In this document: positions 56,154 through 64,000 of the stretch, piece after piece
Position numbering within the stretch: the first letter of the stretch is position 1
How the letters are laid out: every line of letters begins with the position of its first letter
Assembly (NCBI GenBank): GCA_963735805.1
Contig: CAVTMK010000004.1
Span: 512,001 to 576,000 of the forward strand
DNA: 64,000 nucleotides
Reading direction: 5' to 3'
Source: an uncultured Verrucomicrobiae bacterium
GTDB lineage: Bacteria; Verrucomicrobiota; Verrucomicrobiia; Chthoniobacterales; UBA10450
The notes under the pieces: generated by a model
What the model saw: the letters and a program-made list of their open reading frames with translations, nothing else
The model's database searches: none
Told to the model about the DNA's origin: nothing
Made by a program: the position numbers and the translations under genes

Positions 56154-57940
56154 GAGAAATTCCTGGCCTTCATCTACCGCGCCAAACAAGAACTTATATC
56201 AAAACCGCCGTTTTGCTTGGTGCCGCAGCGCTGTCGTGCGTCCCGTGTCTTGCCAATGCGGAAAGCGTAGATGACAGGCTGCGCGCCATCTACACAGAAG
56301 AATGGAAATGGCGGCTGGAGCAGTTCCCCGGGCTCGAAGGAGTCGAAAAACCGGTCCCCGATCGTCTGCCAAGGGTAGATCTGGCGGCGCAGGAGACGCG
56401 ACTACGTTACTGGCAGGATGTGCTGCACAAGCTCGATGATGTTTCGCGCGCCCAGCTCTCGCCCGAGGTGCAGATCAACTACGATGTTTATCGGCCGGAA
56501 ATTGAGGATTTCGTCGCGGACGAGAAATTCCGTGACTACGAAATGCCGGCGAACTCGGATTCTGCTTTCTGGACCGATGTGGGCGAGACCGCGCGGCGAC
56601 CTTTCAAGACGCTGACGGATTACAAAAACTGGATCGCGCAGATGCGCGACATCCCGCGTTATTTCCGTGAACAAATCGCCAACATGCGGGCAGGGCTTGC
56701 GCGCGGTTTCACGCCGCCACGCCTCACTTTGCAGGGACGCGAGAAATCCATCGGCACCATTGCGGAGGGTAAACCCGAAGACAATCTGCTCTACACACCA
56801 TTCCGGGAACCGATGGTAGGAGTTCAGCCGTCCGACCAGGAGAAGCTCAAGTCCGAAGCCGCGCAGGTGATTCGTGAGATCGTGCAGCCGGCGTATGCCG
56901 ACCTGCTCAAATTCTTCCGGGACGAATATGTGCCGCACACCCGCACCACGCTTGCTGCCGAAGAGTTGCCGGAGGGGAAAACGTACTATCGCCAGAAAAT
57001 CCGCGAGTTTGTGACGCTCGATCTCTCGCCCGACGAAATTCACAAGATCGGCGTGTCGGAGGTTGCCAAATTACATCAACAGATGGTCGACGCGATGCAC
57101 GAATCCGGGTTCAAAGGCGAGTTTCCGGAATTTCTGAAGTTTCTCCGTGACGATCCGCAGTTCTACGCCAAAACACCGAAGGAGCTGCTCAATCGCGCCG
57201 CCTGGATTGCGAAAGTATTCGACGGCAAATCGTCGCAATACTTTGGTTATCTGCCGCGGATGCGTTTCACCATCAAACCCGTTCCGGCCGATCTCGCGCC
57301 GTTTTATACTTCAGGCCGTGGCGGTCCGGGCATTTATCTTCTGAACACATACGATCTGCCGCATCGCCCGCTCTACAATCTGCCTGCGTTGACCCTCCAC
57401 GAGTCCGCACCCGGACACGCATTCCAGATTCCGATCGCGCTCGAGCACAAGAACCAACCGGAATTTCGGCGGTTCGATTACATTTCCGCGTACGGCGAAG
57501 GTTGGGCGCTTTATTGCGAAAAGCTGGGCCTGGAAATGGGAATGTACGAGACGCCATACGAGCGTTTCGGGATGCTGGGTTACCAGATCTGGCGCGCGGT
57601 GCGGCTGGTTGTCGACACTAGCCTCCATTCACAGGGTTGGACACGCGAACAGGCGCTCAAGTACATGCACGATTACACCGCGCTACCCGAGCATGAGATC
57701 GAAACTGAAGTGGACCGTTACATCGCCTGGCCCGGGCAAGCCCTCTCTTATTATATGGGCGAGCTCGCGATCGTGCGTGCCCGCGAAAAGGCGGAGAAAA
57801 CGCTCGGAGCGAAATTCAACATCCGCGCGTTCCACGATGCGGTGCTCGAGCTGGGCTCGGTACCGCTGCCCGTGGTCACGGCGCGGATCGACCGCTTCAT
57901 CGCCGAAGGCGGTAAAGGTCCTTACCCGGATATGGAGTAG
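56150..57940 (+). CDS. DUF885 family exported metallopeptidase-like protein
   Basis: Signal peptide; HESAPGH, EGWALY, RLVVDT, EVDRY, PGQALSY. Confidence 0.9.
   Translation: MREIPGLHLPRQTRTYIKTAVLLGAAALSCVPCLANAESVDDRLRAIYTEEWKWRLEQFPGLEGVEKPVPDRLPRVDLAAQETRLRYWQDVLHKLDDVSRAQLSPEVQINYDVYRPEIEDFVADEKFRDYEMPANSDSAFWTDVGETARRPFKTLTDYKNWIAQMRDIPRYFREQIANMRAGLARGFTPPRLTLQGREKSIGTIAEGKPEDNLLYTPFREPMVGVQPSDQEKLKSEAAQVIREIVQPAYADLLKFFRDEYVPHTRTTLAAEELPEGKTYYRQKIREFVTLDLSPDEIHKIGVSEVAKLHQQMVDAMHESGFKGEFPEFLKFLRDDPQFYAKTPKELLNRAAWIAKVFDGKSSQYFGYLPRMRFTIKPVPADLAPFYTSGRGGPGIYLLNTYDLPHRPLYNLPALTLHESAPGHAFQIPIALEHKNQPEFRRFDYISAYGEGWALYCEKLGLEMGMYETPYERFGMLGYQIWRAVRLVVDTSLHSQGWTREQALKYMHDYTALPEHEIETEVDRYIAWPGQALSYYMGELAIVRAREKAEKTLGAKFNIRAFHDAVLELGSVPLPVVTARIDRFIAEGGKGPYPDME
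57748..57811 (+). repeat. Left arm of a perfect 64-bp inverted repeat, inside the DUF885 CDS
   Basis: ttattatatgggcgagctc...aaacgctcggagcg is the reverse complement of 60317-60380. Confidence 0.95.
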
Positions 57941-57942
57941 TT

Positions 57943-58033
57943 GTAGCCCGCCGCGCTGAGGCCGGGTTCCTACTTGTAGCCGGCGGCGCTGACGCCGGTT
58001 TTTCAGCTGTAGTGGCGGCTGTCGTCAGCGGCA
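57943..58033. repeat. Three tandem GTAG-family REPs between convergent genes
   Basis: gtagcccg.. 57943, gtagccggcggcgctgacgccgg 57976, gtagtggcggctgtcgtcagcggc 58009. Confidence 0.7.
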
Positions 58034-58166
58034 GGGTACCCGTGATCTTTGGGTGTTGGACGGAGGACCTATCCAGCGATTTTTTCGCGTATCGGTCGAT
58101 GGCGAAAGACGTTGATGCCTCCGACGAAACTTTCGTCGCGCCTTGCCTGCTGCCTCTGCAGCGGTA

Positions 58167-60209
58167 TCACGGTCTTGGCGGCGGAGTCGGCTTGGGCCTT
58201 GGTGTCGGACGAGGCCTTGGTGAAGGAGTGGGCCTTGGCGTGGCGGTGGCTGTTGGTGTTGGAGTAGACGTTGGAGTGGGAGTTACACTTGGGGTTGGTG
58301 TTGGCGTTTGACCTCCAGTCACATCCAGGAACGCCGCACTGATCGGCCCCCAGGTCTGGAAGCCCTCGAAGTCGCTCACCCCGCGTCCCTGCACGAAGAT
58401 AATGTGGCGGCCTGCCGACAAGCTGGCAGTGTCTATCGTTGCGTCGACGGCCACGGTAGGCGAATTGAACGAGCCGTTCATTGGGATGGCCGTGCCACCA
58501 GCCCAGGGAGGCGTGTCAATGTAATATTCTGCTGCGCCCACGTTCTGGCTGAATGCGTTATTTGACCAGGCGAAGTTAATGCTGGCGGTTAGCTGTGATG
58601 GCACGCCTTGCGGCACCGATGCCGGGTTGGTGACAACGGTGTTGGTATCTGGTCCGTGCGAAGTCAGATACGGCGTGCGCGCGATCTTCGCCAGGTAAAG
58701 AAGCATTCCCCGATTCTCAGGCCAAAGACCCTGCGACGAGCCGCAACCGGGATTATCTATGCACGAATAGGAGGGGAGGAAGTCCTGACCGCCCAACTCG
58801 GTGGAGAAAGCCGCCATGCCCAGCTCACCGTACGCCCAGTCAATCGAGCCTCCATCTACCGGGTATAACTCTTCGATGATCGAGCCATAGGGGTAACCGT
58901 TACCGCCCGCGTTCGGCGCGGCCATGTGCGCTGCGATGTTGCGCGTCTCAGCGTAGTTAGGCATCTGCGTCGCAGTCCAGCCCCACGTAAAGAGGTTGAC
59001 TGCCGCATCTGTGTGGATGTTCTGATACACGCCTGTGGCAGTGATAGGCGCCGGGTCGGTGTCGCCGGGGCCGCGCTGGTCGGGCACGAGGGTACGAATC
59101 ATGTTGACGATAGCCATGTCCTCCGGGTCCGATCCCGCCGACACCCCTCGATAGGTCTGGTCGCACACAAAACCGCTCGAGCCGTTGCAGCAGCCCCACT
59201 GGAAAGGGAAGTTGCGGTTGTTGTCTACGCCGAACTGGTCAAATGCTGTGGGAGGCCAGGAGCAGCCGTCGCCTCCGACGTTGTCGCCGTTCTTGCGATA
59301 GTAGTACGGGCTGTTGCCGTCGCCTCCCGCCTCGACGATGTGGTGGCCGTCGGGGTTGACTTCAGGCATAAGCCAGATGTCGTGATAGTCCACCAGCCAG
59401 CGAACGTCGGCATCGGTATCGTAGTTATTGAGCAGGTAGTCAATCATGCGCATGACGACTTCTGGCGTAGCGATTTCGCGGGCGTGTATATCGCCGTCCG
59501 CCCAGAAGACCGGTTTGGGTCCTGGTATGTTGCGGTTCGTGATGTGTAGCACGAACAGGTCGTAGCCGTTCCAGGGACTGGGTAGGACGCACGCGCCTGG
59601 ATTGGCCTTGCACCAGGAATCGCCGATGTCGATCTTCTCGACCAGATCTGGGAACTGCGCCACCTTCTGGTCGAGGAAGGCGTATATTTCTTCCACCGAC
59701 TTGTAGCCGCCGTAGAAAGTTTCGCGCAGGATTTGAGGGTCGCTAAGTTTGCGACTGCTGCTTTCGTCTATCTCCACACGGAGGCCGCGCGCCGTCAGGC
59801 CATAGTACACGTCGCGATTGTTGATTATGGTGAGATAGCCTCCTGTTGTGGGCACTTCTTCGGCGCTGAGTTCCTGGGCCAACCGGTCGCGCTCGGCGCG
59901 GTCGCGGAAGTAGACGCGCATTACCAGAGTGCCGTACTTCTCGGCAATTGGATTCTTGCCGCTTGTTGCCTGGGAGTGGACAGAGACGGTTGTAGTATCG
60001 TGATTGTTTGAAGCGTCAGGATTCTTCGCAACAATCTGCGATTTGCCGCTTCGGACACTCGGATGTTCGGGGTCAGCCGCCAAAGCGACACGCAAAGCGA
60101 CACCGGCCAGAGTGACTGCCGCGACGACGCCGAAGGCGCGAAAGACTGGCCTCGCTCGCGCCGATGTTTTCTTCGTCGCATTTCCTGTGTGAAGATAGTT
60201 GTTTTCCAT
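58167..60209 (-). CDS. M14 zinc carboxypeptidase, secreted, with Pro/Thr/Arg-rich C-terminal tail
   Basis: IHARE, NPDG, RKN, DNNRNF, STELG; tail TPTP...PRPTPRPKPTPPPRP. Confidence 0.88.
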   Translation of the reverse strand: MENNYLHTGNATKKTSARARPVFRAFGVVAAVTLAGVALRVALAADPEHPSVRSGKSQIVAKNPDASNNHDTTTVSVHSQATSGKNPIAEKYGTLVMRVYFRDRAERDRLAQELSAEEVPTTGGYLTIINNRDVYYGLTARGLRVEIDESSSRKLSDPQILRETFYGGYKSVEEIYAFLDQKVAQFPDLVEKIDIGDSWCKANPGACVLPSPWNGYDLFVLHITNRNIPGPKPVFWADGDIHAREIATPEVVMRMIDYLLNNYDTDADVRWLVDYHDIWLMPEVNPDGHHIVEAGGDGNSPYYYRKNGDNVGGDGCSWPPTAFDQFGVDNNRNFPFQWGCCNGSSGFVCDQTYRGVSAGSDPEDMAIVNMIRTLVPDQRGPGDTDPAPITATGVYQNIHTDAAVNLFTWGWTATQMPNYAETRNIAAHMAAPNAGGNGYPYGSIIEELYPVDGGSIDWAYGELGMAAFSTELGGQDFLPSYSCIDNPGCGSSQGLWPENRGMLLYLAKIARTPYLTSHGPDTNTVVTNPASVPQGVPSQLTASINFAWSNNAFSQNVGAAEYYIDTPPWAGGTAIPMNGSFNSPTVAVDATIDTASLSAGRHIIFVQGRGVSDFEGFQTWGPISAAFLDVTGGQTPTPTPSVTPTPTSTPTPTATATPRPTPSPRPRPTPRPKPTPPPRP

Positions 60210-60316
60210 TTTTGATTCTTTTTAGGTTTTGGTGAAACCCGTCGCCCATGTAGGTCCGTGGCGGGCTGCCGGTGAACGATATGGTGCCATCGGTCAAAGT
60301 GTCGAGCCAATACAAG

Positions 60317-60380
60317 CGCTCCGAGCGTTTTCTCCGCCTTTTCGCGGGCACGCACGATCGCGAGCTCGCCCATATAATAA
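60317..60380 (-). repeat. Right arm of the perfect 64-bp inverted repeat (intergenic copy of DUF885 coding sequence)
   Basis: Encodes YYMGELAIVRAREKAEKTLGA on the - strand, identical to DUF885. Confidence 0.95.
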
Positions 60381-60485
60381 AAATCGTGAACGCCACCGGC
60401 TCGAGCGTTTGTTGGAAAACACCGGCAGCCGAAGCGAAATCGTAGGAGAAGCGCTGCATTAATCAGCATCGACCGCGCTCTTTGA

Positions 60486-60520
60486 TTGGACGTCCGGCGT
60501 TGGGCGTTCGACGTTCGACC
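60486..60520. repeat. Heptamer tandem array just before the ABC-F start codon
   Basis: ttggacg tccggcg ttgggcg ttcgacg ttcgacc. Confidence 0.65.
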
Positions 60521-60525
60521 TTCCT

Positions 60526-62442
60526 ATGGCAGAGACGTCAATCGCGGTCATCGCGAGCGCGAACAACCTGTTCGTCAAATACGGCAGTCAGGTCGTCCTC
60601 GACGGCGCGACGATTGCCTTCAGGGAAGGCGAACACATTGGGCTTGTCGGCCGCAACGGCTCGGGCAAATCGACCTTCCTCCAGATCGCGGCGGGTGTGG
60701 TGCAAGCCGATTCAGGCGAATTCACACGCCGGCGTGATCTCGTCACTGGCTACATGCCACAACTTTCCGGCCTGGACGATGCGGCCACGGTCCATGCGAA
60801 CATTCTCAGCGGCGCGCAGCGGATTCTCGACCTCATCGCCGAATACGAACGCGCCCCGGGCGACAGCCCACTCAGCGCCACGCTCCTCGACCAGATTGGC
60901 GAGGCTGACGGTTGGAATCTGGAACATCGAATCAAGTCGCTCATCACGAATCTGCACGCGCCGGAATCCGATCGCGTCGTGGGCACGCTCTCCGGCGGGG
61001 AAAAACGCAGGGTCGCGCTTTGCCGGGCGCTTCTCGCGCGTCCTGATTTTCTGATTCTCGACGAACCGACCAACCATCTCGATACCGGCTCGATCGAATG
61101 GCTGGAGGATTTTCTCGCGCGTTATACCGGCACCTGTTTGTTCGTCACACACGATCGCTATTTTCTCGATCGCGTGGCGACGCGGATCGTCGAGCTGTCG
61201 CGTGGCAAGTTCATCAGCTACGACGGCAACTACACCGATTACCTGCTCGCGCGCGCGCAACGCCAGGCGGTCGAGGAGGCGCAGGAACATCAACGGCAGA
61301 AGTTTTTGAAACGGGAACTGCAATGGGTGAGAAAAGCGCCACGCGCGCGCCGGACGAAATCGGTGGACCGCGTGGAACGTTATTTCGAGATGGCCGCGCA
61401 GGAAGCACCGGAGGCGGAGCTCGACGTCGAGTTGATTATCCCCACGCCGCCGAAGCTCGCGAATCGCATCATTGAATTGCGCGACGTGAGTGTGGAGTTG
61501 GGCGGCCGAACGCTTTTCCAGCACGTGAATCTCAATCTCACAGCCGGGGAACGTCTCGGTGTTGTCGGCCGCAACGGACTCGGCAAATCTTCGCTCCTCA
61601 AGGTCATTCTGCAGGAATTGCCCGCCGCCAGCGGTGTGGTGGAGATCGGCGCGAGGACCCAGATCAATTACGTCGATCAAAACCGGCTCCTGCTCGACGA
61701 CGAGAAAACGGTTTGGGAAGAAGTCGGCAGCGGCGGAGAACACGTCACCCTCGGCGAGGAGAGCATCACCTTGCGGGCTTATCTGCGGCGATTTCTTTTC
61801 AGCGAAGATCGCATCAACACGAAGATTTCGCAGCTCAGCGGCGGCGAACGGAGCCGGGTACTGTTGGCAAAAATCCTGAAGCGAGGCGGCAACGTTTTGA
61901 TGCTCGACGAACCGACGAACGATCTCGATCTCGGAACATTGCGCTTGCTCGAGGAAGCGCTCGTCGCCTTTGGCGGCTGCGTCATCGTAGTGAGTCATGA
62001 TCGCTATTTTTTGAATCGCGTTTGCACCTCGATCCTCGCCTTCGAAGGCGAAGGCCGCGTGGCCTATAGCGTCGGAAACTACGATTACTACCTGGAAAAA
62101 CGAGACGCATCCGGTTCGATTCGCGATTCATACCCTACGCCGGCCGGAGGCGCCGCCCAGCAAACAAAAAGCAAAGACAAACCGCGGAAGCTAAAGTGGA
62201 AAGAAGAGCGTGAATGGGCGTCGATGGAGGCGAATATTCTCGCGGCGGAAAACGCGGTGTCGGATTTGGAGGCCGCATTTGCCGCGCCGGATTTTTATGC
62301 GAAACCGCGCTCGGAGATTTTCGAGTTGGAGACGCAATTGAAAACGGCACGGGACAAAGTCGCGCACCTCTACGCGCGGTGGCAGGAACTCGAACTTCTG
62401 CAAAGCGTCCCGCGGACGACGGAGACTAGCTCCGACATGTAA
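60526..62442 (+). CDS. ABC-F family ATPase (Uup-like)
   Basis: Two NBDs (GRNGSGKS, GRNGLGKS), LSGGE twice, DEPTN, C-terminal coiled coil ending LYARWQEL. Confidence 0.92.
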   Translation: MAETSIAVIASANNLFVKYGSQVVLDGATIAFREGEHIGLVGRNGSGKSTFLQIAAGVVQADSGEFTRRRDLVTGYMPQLSGLDDAATVHANILSGAQRILDLIAEYERAPGDSPLSATLLDQIGEADGWNLEHRIKSLITNLHAPESDRVVGTLSGGEKRRVALCRALLARPDFLILDEPTNHLDTGSIEWLEDFLARYTGTCLFVTHDRYFLDRVATRIVELSRGKFISYDGNYTDYLLARAQRQAVEEAQEHQRQKFLKRELQWVRKAPRARRTKSVDRVERYFEMAAQEAPEAELDVELIIPTPPKLANRIIELRDVSVELGGRTLFQHVNLNLTAGERLGVVGRNGLGKSSLLKVILQELPAASGVVEIGARTQINYVDQNRLLLDDEKTVWEEVGSGGEHVTLGEESITLRAYLRRFLFSEDRINTKISQLSGGERSRVLLAKILKRGGNVLMLDEPTNDLDLGTLRLLEEALVAFGGCVIVVSHDRYFLNRVCTSILAFEGEGRVAYSVGNYDYYLEKRDASGSIRDSYPTPAGGAAQQTKSKDKPRKLKWKEEREWASMEANILAAENAVSDLEAAFAAPDFYAKPRSEIFELETQLKTARDKVAHLYARWQELELLQSVPRTTETSSDM

Positions 62443-62507
62443 TTATTCTTGAATCCAAACCGACGATGCGCTGCACCACATAAGTGACTACCGGACCGAG
62501 CACGGCC

Positions 62508-63236
62508 ATGACAAGCGACGTCCCGAATTTGCCAGAGAACGTTCCTGCGCTCCCTCCGGAAGCCCGAGCTGCACCGCCGCCTGACGATCCCGTCGCCACA
62601 CAACTGCGCGGATTCGGGCCGCTTGGACTTCTCTCGATTCTCGTCATTGTCTTGACGTCTGTCGTTAAACCACTCGGCGGCCTTTTGGTGCTTCTGTGGG
62701 CCTGGCGATCGCATACGCCATGGCGCGAAATCGGCTACGTGCGACCAAGGAGCTGGATTGGCAGCCTTGCCGTCGGCGTCGTTTTCGGCTGCGTGTTTAA
62801 ACTCCTGATGAAGGCGATCGTGATGCCGCTGCTGGGCGCGCCTGAAATCAATTCCGCCTACCATTACGTGATAGGAAACCGGGCTGCGCTCCCCGGATTG
62901 GTGTTCACGATGATTGTCGGCGCGGGCTTTGGAGAAGAGACCATTTTCCGAGGATTCCTGTTCGAACGCCTCGGCAAGCTTTTTGGGACCGGCGCCAGCG
63001 CAAAAGTATTAATCGTGCTGCTCACCTCCGCGTTGTTTGCACTGGGACATTATGCCAACCTGGGGCTTCCCGGCGTCGAACAGGCGATGATCACGGGCCT
63101 CGTCTTCGGGGCGATCTTCGCCGTCACGGGCCGGATCTGGATGGTGATGTGCGCGCATGCCGCGTTCGATCTAACGGCGGTCGCGATAATTTATTGCAAT
63201 CTCGAAGCCGCTGTCGCTCACCTCGTGTTCAAATAG
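62508..63236 (+). CDS. CPBP/CAAX (Abi-family) intramembrane metalloprotease
   Basis: EETIFRG, FALGH, HAAFD. Confidence 0.88.
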   Translation: MTSDVPNLPENVPALPPEARAAPPPDDPVATQLRGFGPLGLLSILVIVLTSVVKPLGGLLVLLWAWRSHTPWREIGYVRPRSWIGSLAVGVVFGCVFKLLMKAIVMPLLGAPEINSAYHYVIGNRAALPGLVFTMIVGAGFGEETIFRGFLFERLGKLFGTGASAKVLIVLLTSALFALGHYANLGLPGVEQAMITGLVFGAIFAVTGRIWMVMCAHAAFDLTAVAIIYCNLEAAVAHLVFK

Positions 63237-63312
63237 CCGCGGGGTTGCCTAACAATACACTCCGGTCCTCCTATCGTATGCCGCTTATGATGCATAGGGC
63301 GACGAAGGCGGA

Positions 63313-64000
63313 TCACTTTCCGGCAGCCCGCTGCTGCAACGGAACCAATGTCGCAAGATCGACAGCAGATGTGGGCGACGCCGTTCTATCGAGAAGCTCT
63401 TCGGCGGACGCTTTCAGTTCCGTCCATCGCGACAACGGATAGACGGGCGCAAGGACGATGTGCCGAAGTATGCTGCGCCACTCCACCAGCGCGCGTTCGA
63501 TATCGCCCTGACGCAACAGTTCGCTGGTCAGCTTGTGCTTGGAGCGCGGATCAGCCACCAACTCGCGCACCACTTCCGATGCACCGGCGCCGTATTGCAC
63601 CGGCACGCCCATGGTGAGGTAACCTGGATAATCGGCCCGGCTGTAAACTCGCTGACACAAAATGCCGAGCCGCCCACCCATCGGCGCGTCTTCGCCGGCG
63701 AATCGCGGGCCGGCGCGAATATTTGCCAGATCGAAAACCAATTCGTCGATCGGATAGGTTTCATCTTCGAGCGCGACCGCCACAGCCAGACCTTCGCCGC
63801 CGTGGAAAAATGAGAAGATCATTCCCCGGCTCGTCGGTGTGCCGTCCGGTTCAACCAGTCCAAGGTGTCGCCATGCGTACGTTGGCGAGTTCACGATGGC
63901 GACGGTTTTATCGTGCTCCAACTGATCGCACGCTCGACAAACGTCCGGCAGGTTCTCGCGCGCCGGCGGCTCGATCAATGCGTTGCCTAACGAATCGATG
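63313..64000 (-). CDS. C-terminal part of a larger protein, probably a Ski2-like DEAD/DEAH helicase; 5' end lies beyond the window
   Basis: Open frame toward the edge; LGLV..GTPT.RG and GDIER resemble helicase winged-helix/ratchet regions; no core helicase motifs visible. Confidence 0.5.
   Translation of the reverse strand, partial: IDSLGNALIEPPARENLPDVCRACDQLEHDKTVAIVNSPTYAWRHLGLVEPDGTPTSRGMIFSFFHGGEGLAVAVALEDETYPIDELVFDLANIRAGPRFAGEDAPMGGRLGILCQRVYSRADYPGYLTMGVPVQYGAGASEVVRELVADPRSKHKLTSELLRQGDIERALVEWRSILRHIVLAPVYPLSRWTELKASAEELLDRTASPTSAVDLATLVPLQQRAAGK

Noticed and set aside
57943..58033. Three spaced repeats resembling a mini-CRISPR
   Set aside because: Units are divergent GTAG REP hairpins with very short spacers; no cas genes
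57748..60380. DGR template/variable repeat interpretation of the 64-bp duplication
   Set aside because: Copies are identical with no adenine-specific differences, and no reverse transcriptase is present
59921..60469. 182-aa ORF as a genuine gene
   Set aside because: Overlaps the M14 start in another frame; its only recognisable part is the 21-aa DUF885 copy
62508..63236. Abi-family gene as abortive infection
   Set aside because: The CPBP/CAAX protease name does not imply phage defence; no supporting context

Overview
A gene-dense, moderately GC-rich bacterial chromosomal segment of mostly housekeeping and metabolic genes. These include glgE, exbB-exbD-TPR, scpA, rodA, folP-cdaA, rnr, a cysJ-like gene, sufT, rplI-dnaB, tkt, an rsmA-NUDIX fusion, an aas-like gene, a ClC, a Ca2+/H+ antiporter, a PLD, a cyclase-TPR, DUF885, an M14 peptidase and an ABC-F. 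Gene content and repeat style suggest a soil Verrucomicrobiota (Chthoniobacterales/Ca. Udaeobacter-like); this is inference. I found no rRNA, tRNA, CRISPR array, integrase or transposase. The most notable signals are: (1) a perfect 64-bp inverted copy of the DUF885 3' coding region (57748-57811 vs 60317-60380) that brackets the M14 peptidase gene; (2) four clustered DnaA-box-like 9-mers upstream of rsmA; (3) a 49-aa CdaR-like peptide, reduced to its TM segment, overlapping cdaA; (4) a decayed ferredoxin whose three CxxCxxC codons are each one base from TGT; (5) a Spinster-like MFS head-to-head with an Aas-like gene; (6) REP-like palindromes, one in-frame inside RNase R, plus 7-mer and 8-mer repeat arrays; (7) frameshifts in kamA and the ClC gene, and a probable CTG start for the Ca2+/H+ antiporter. 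All family calls come from motif recognition, with no database searches.
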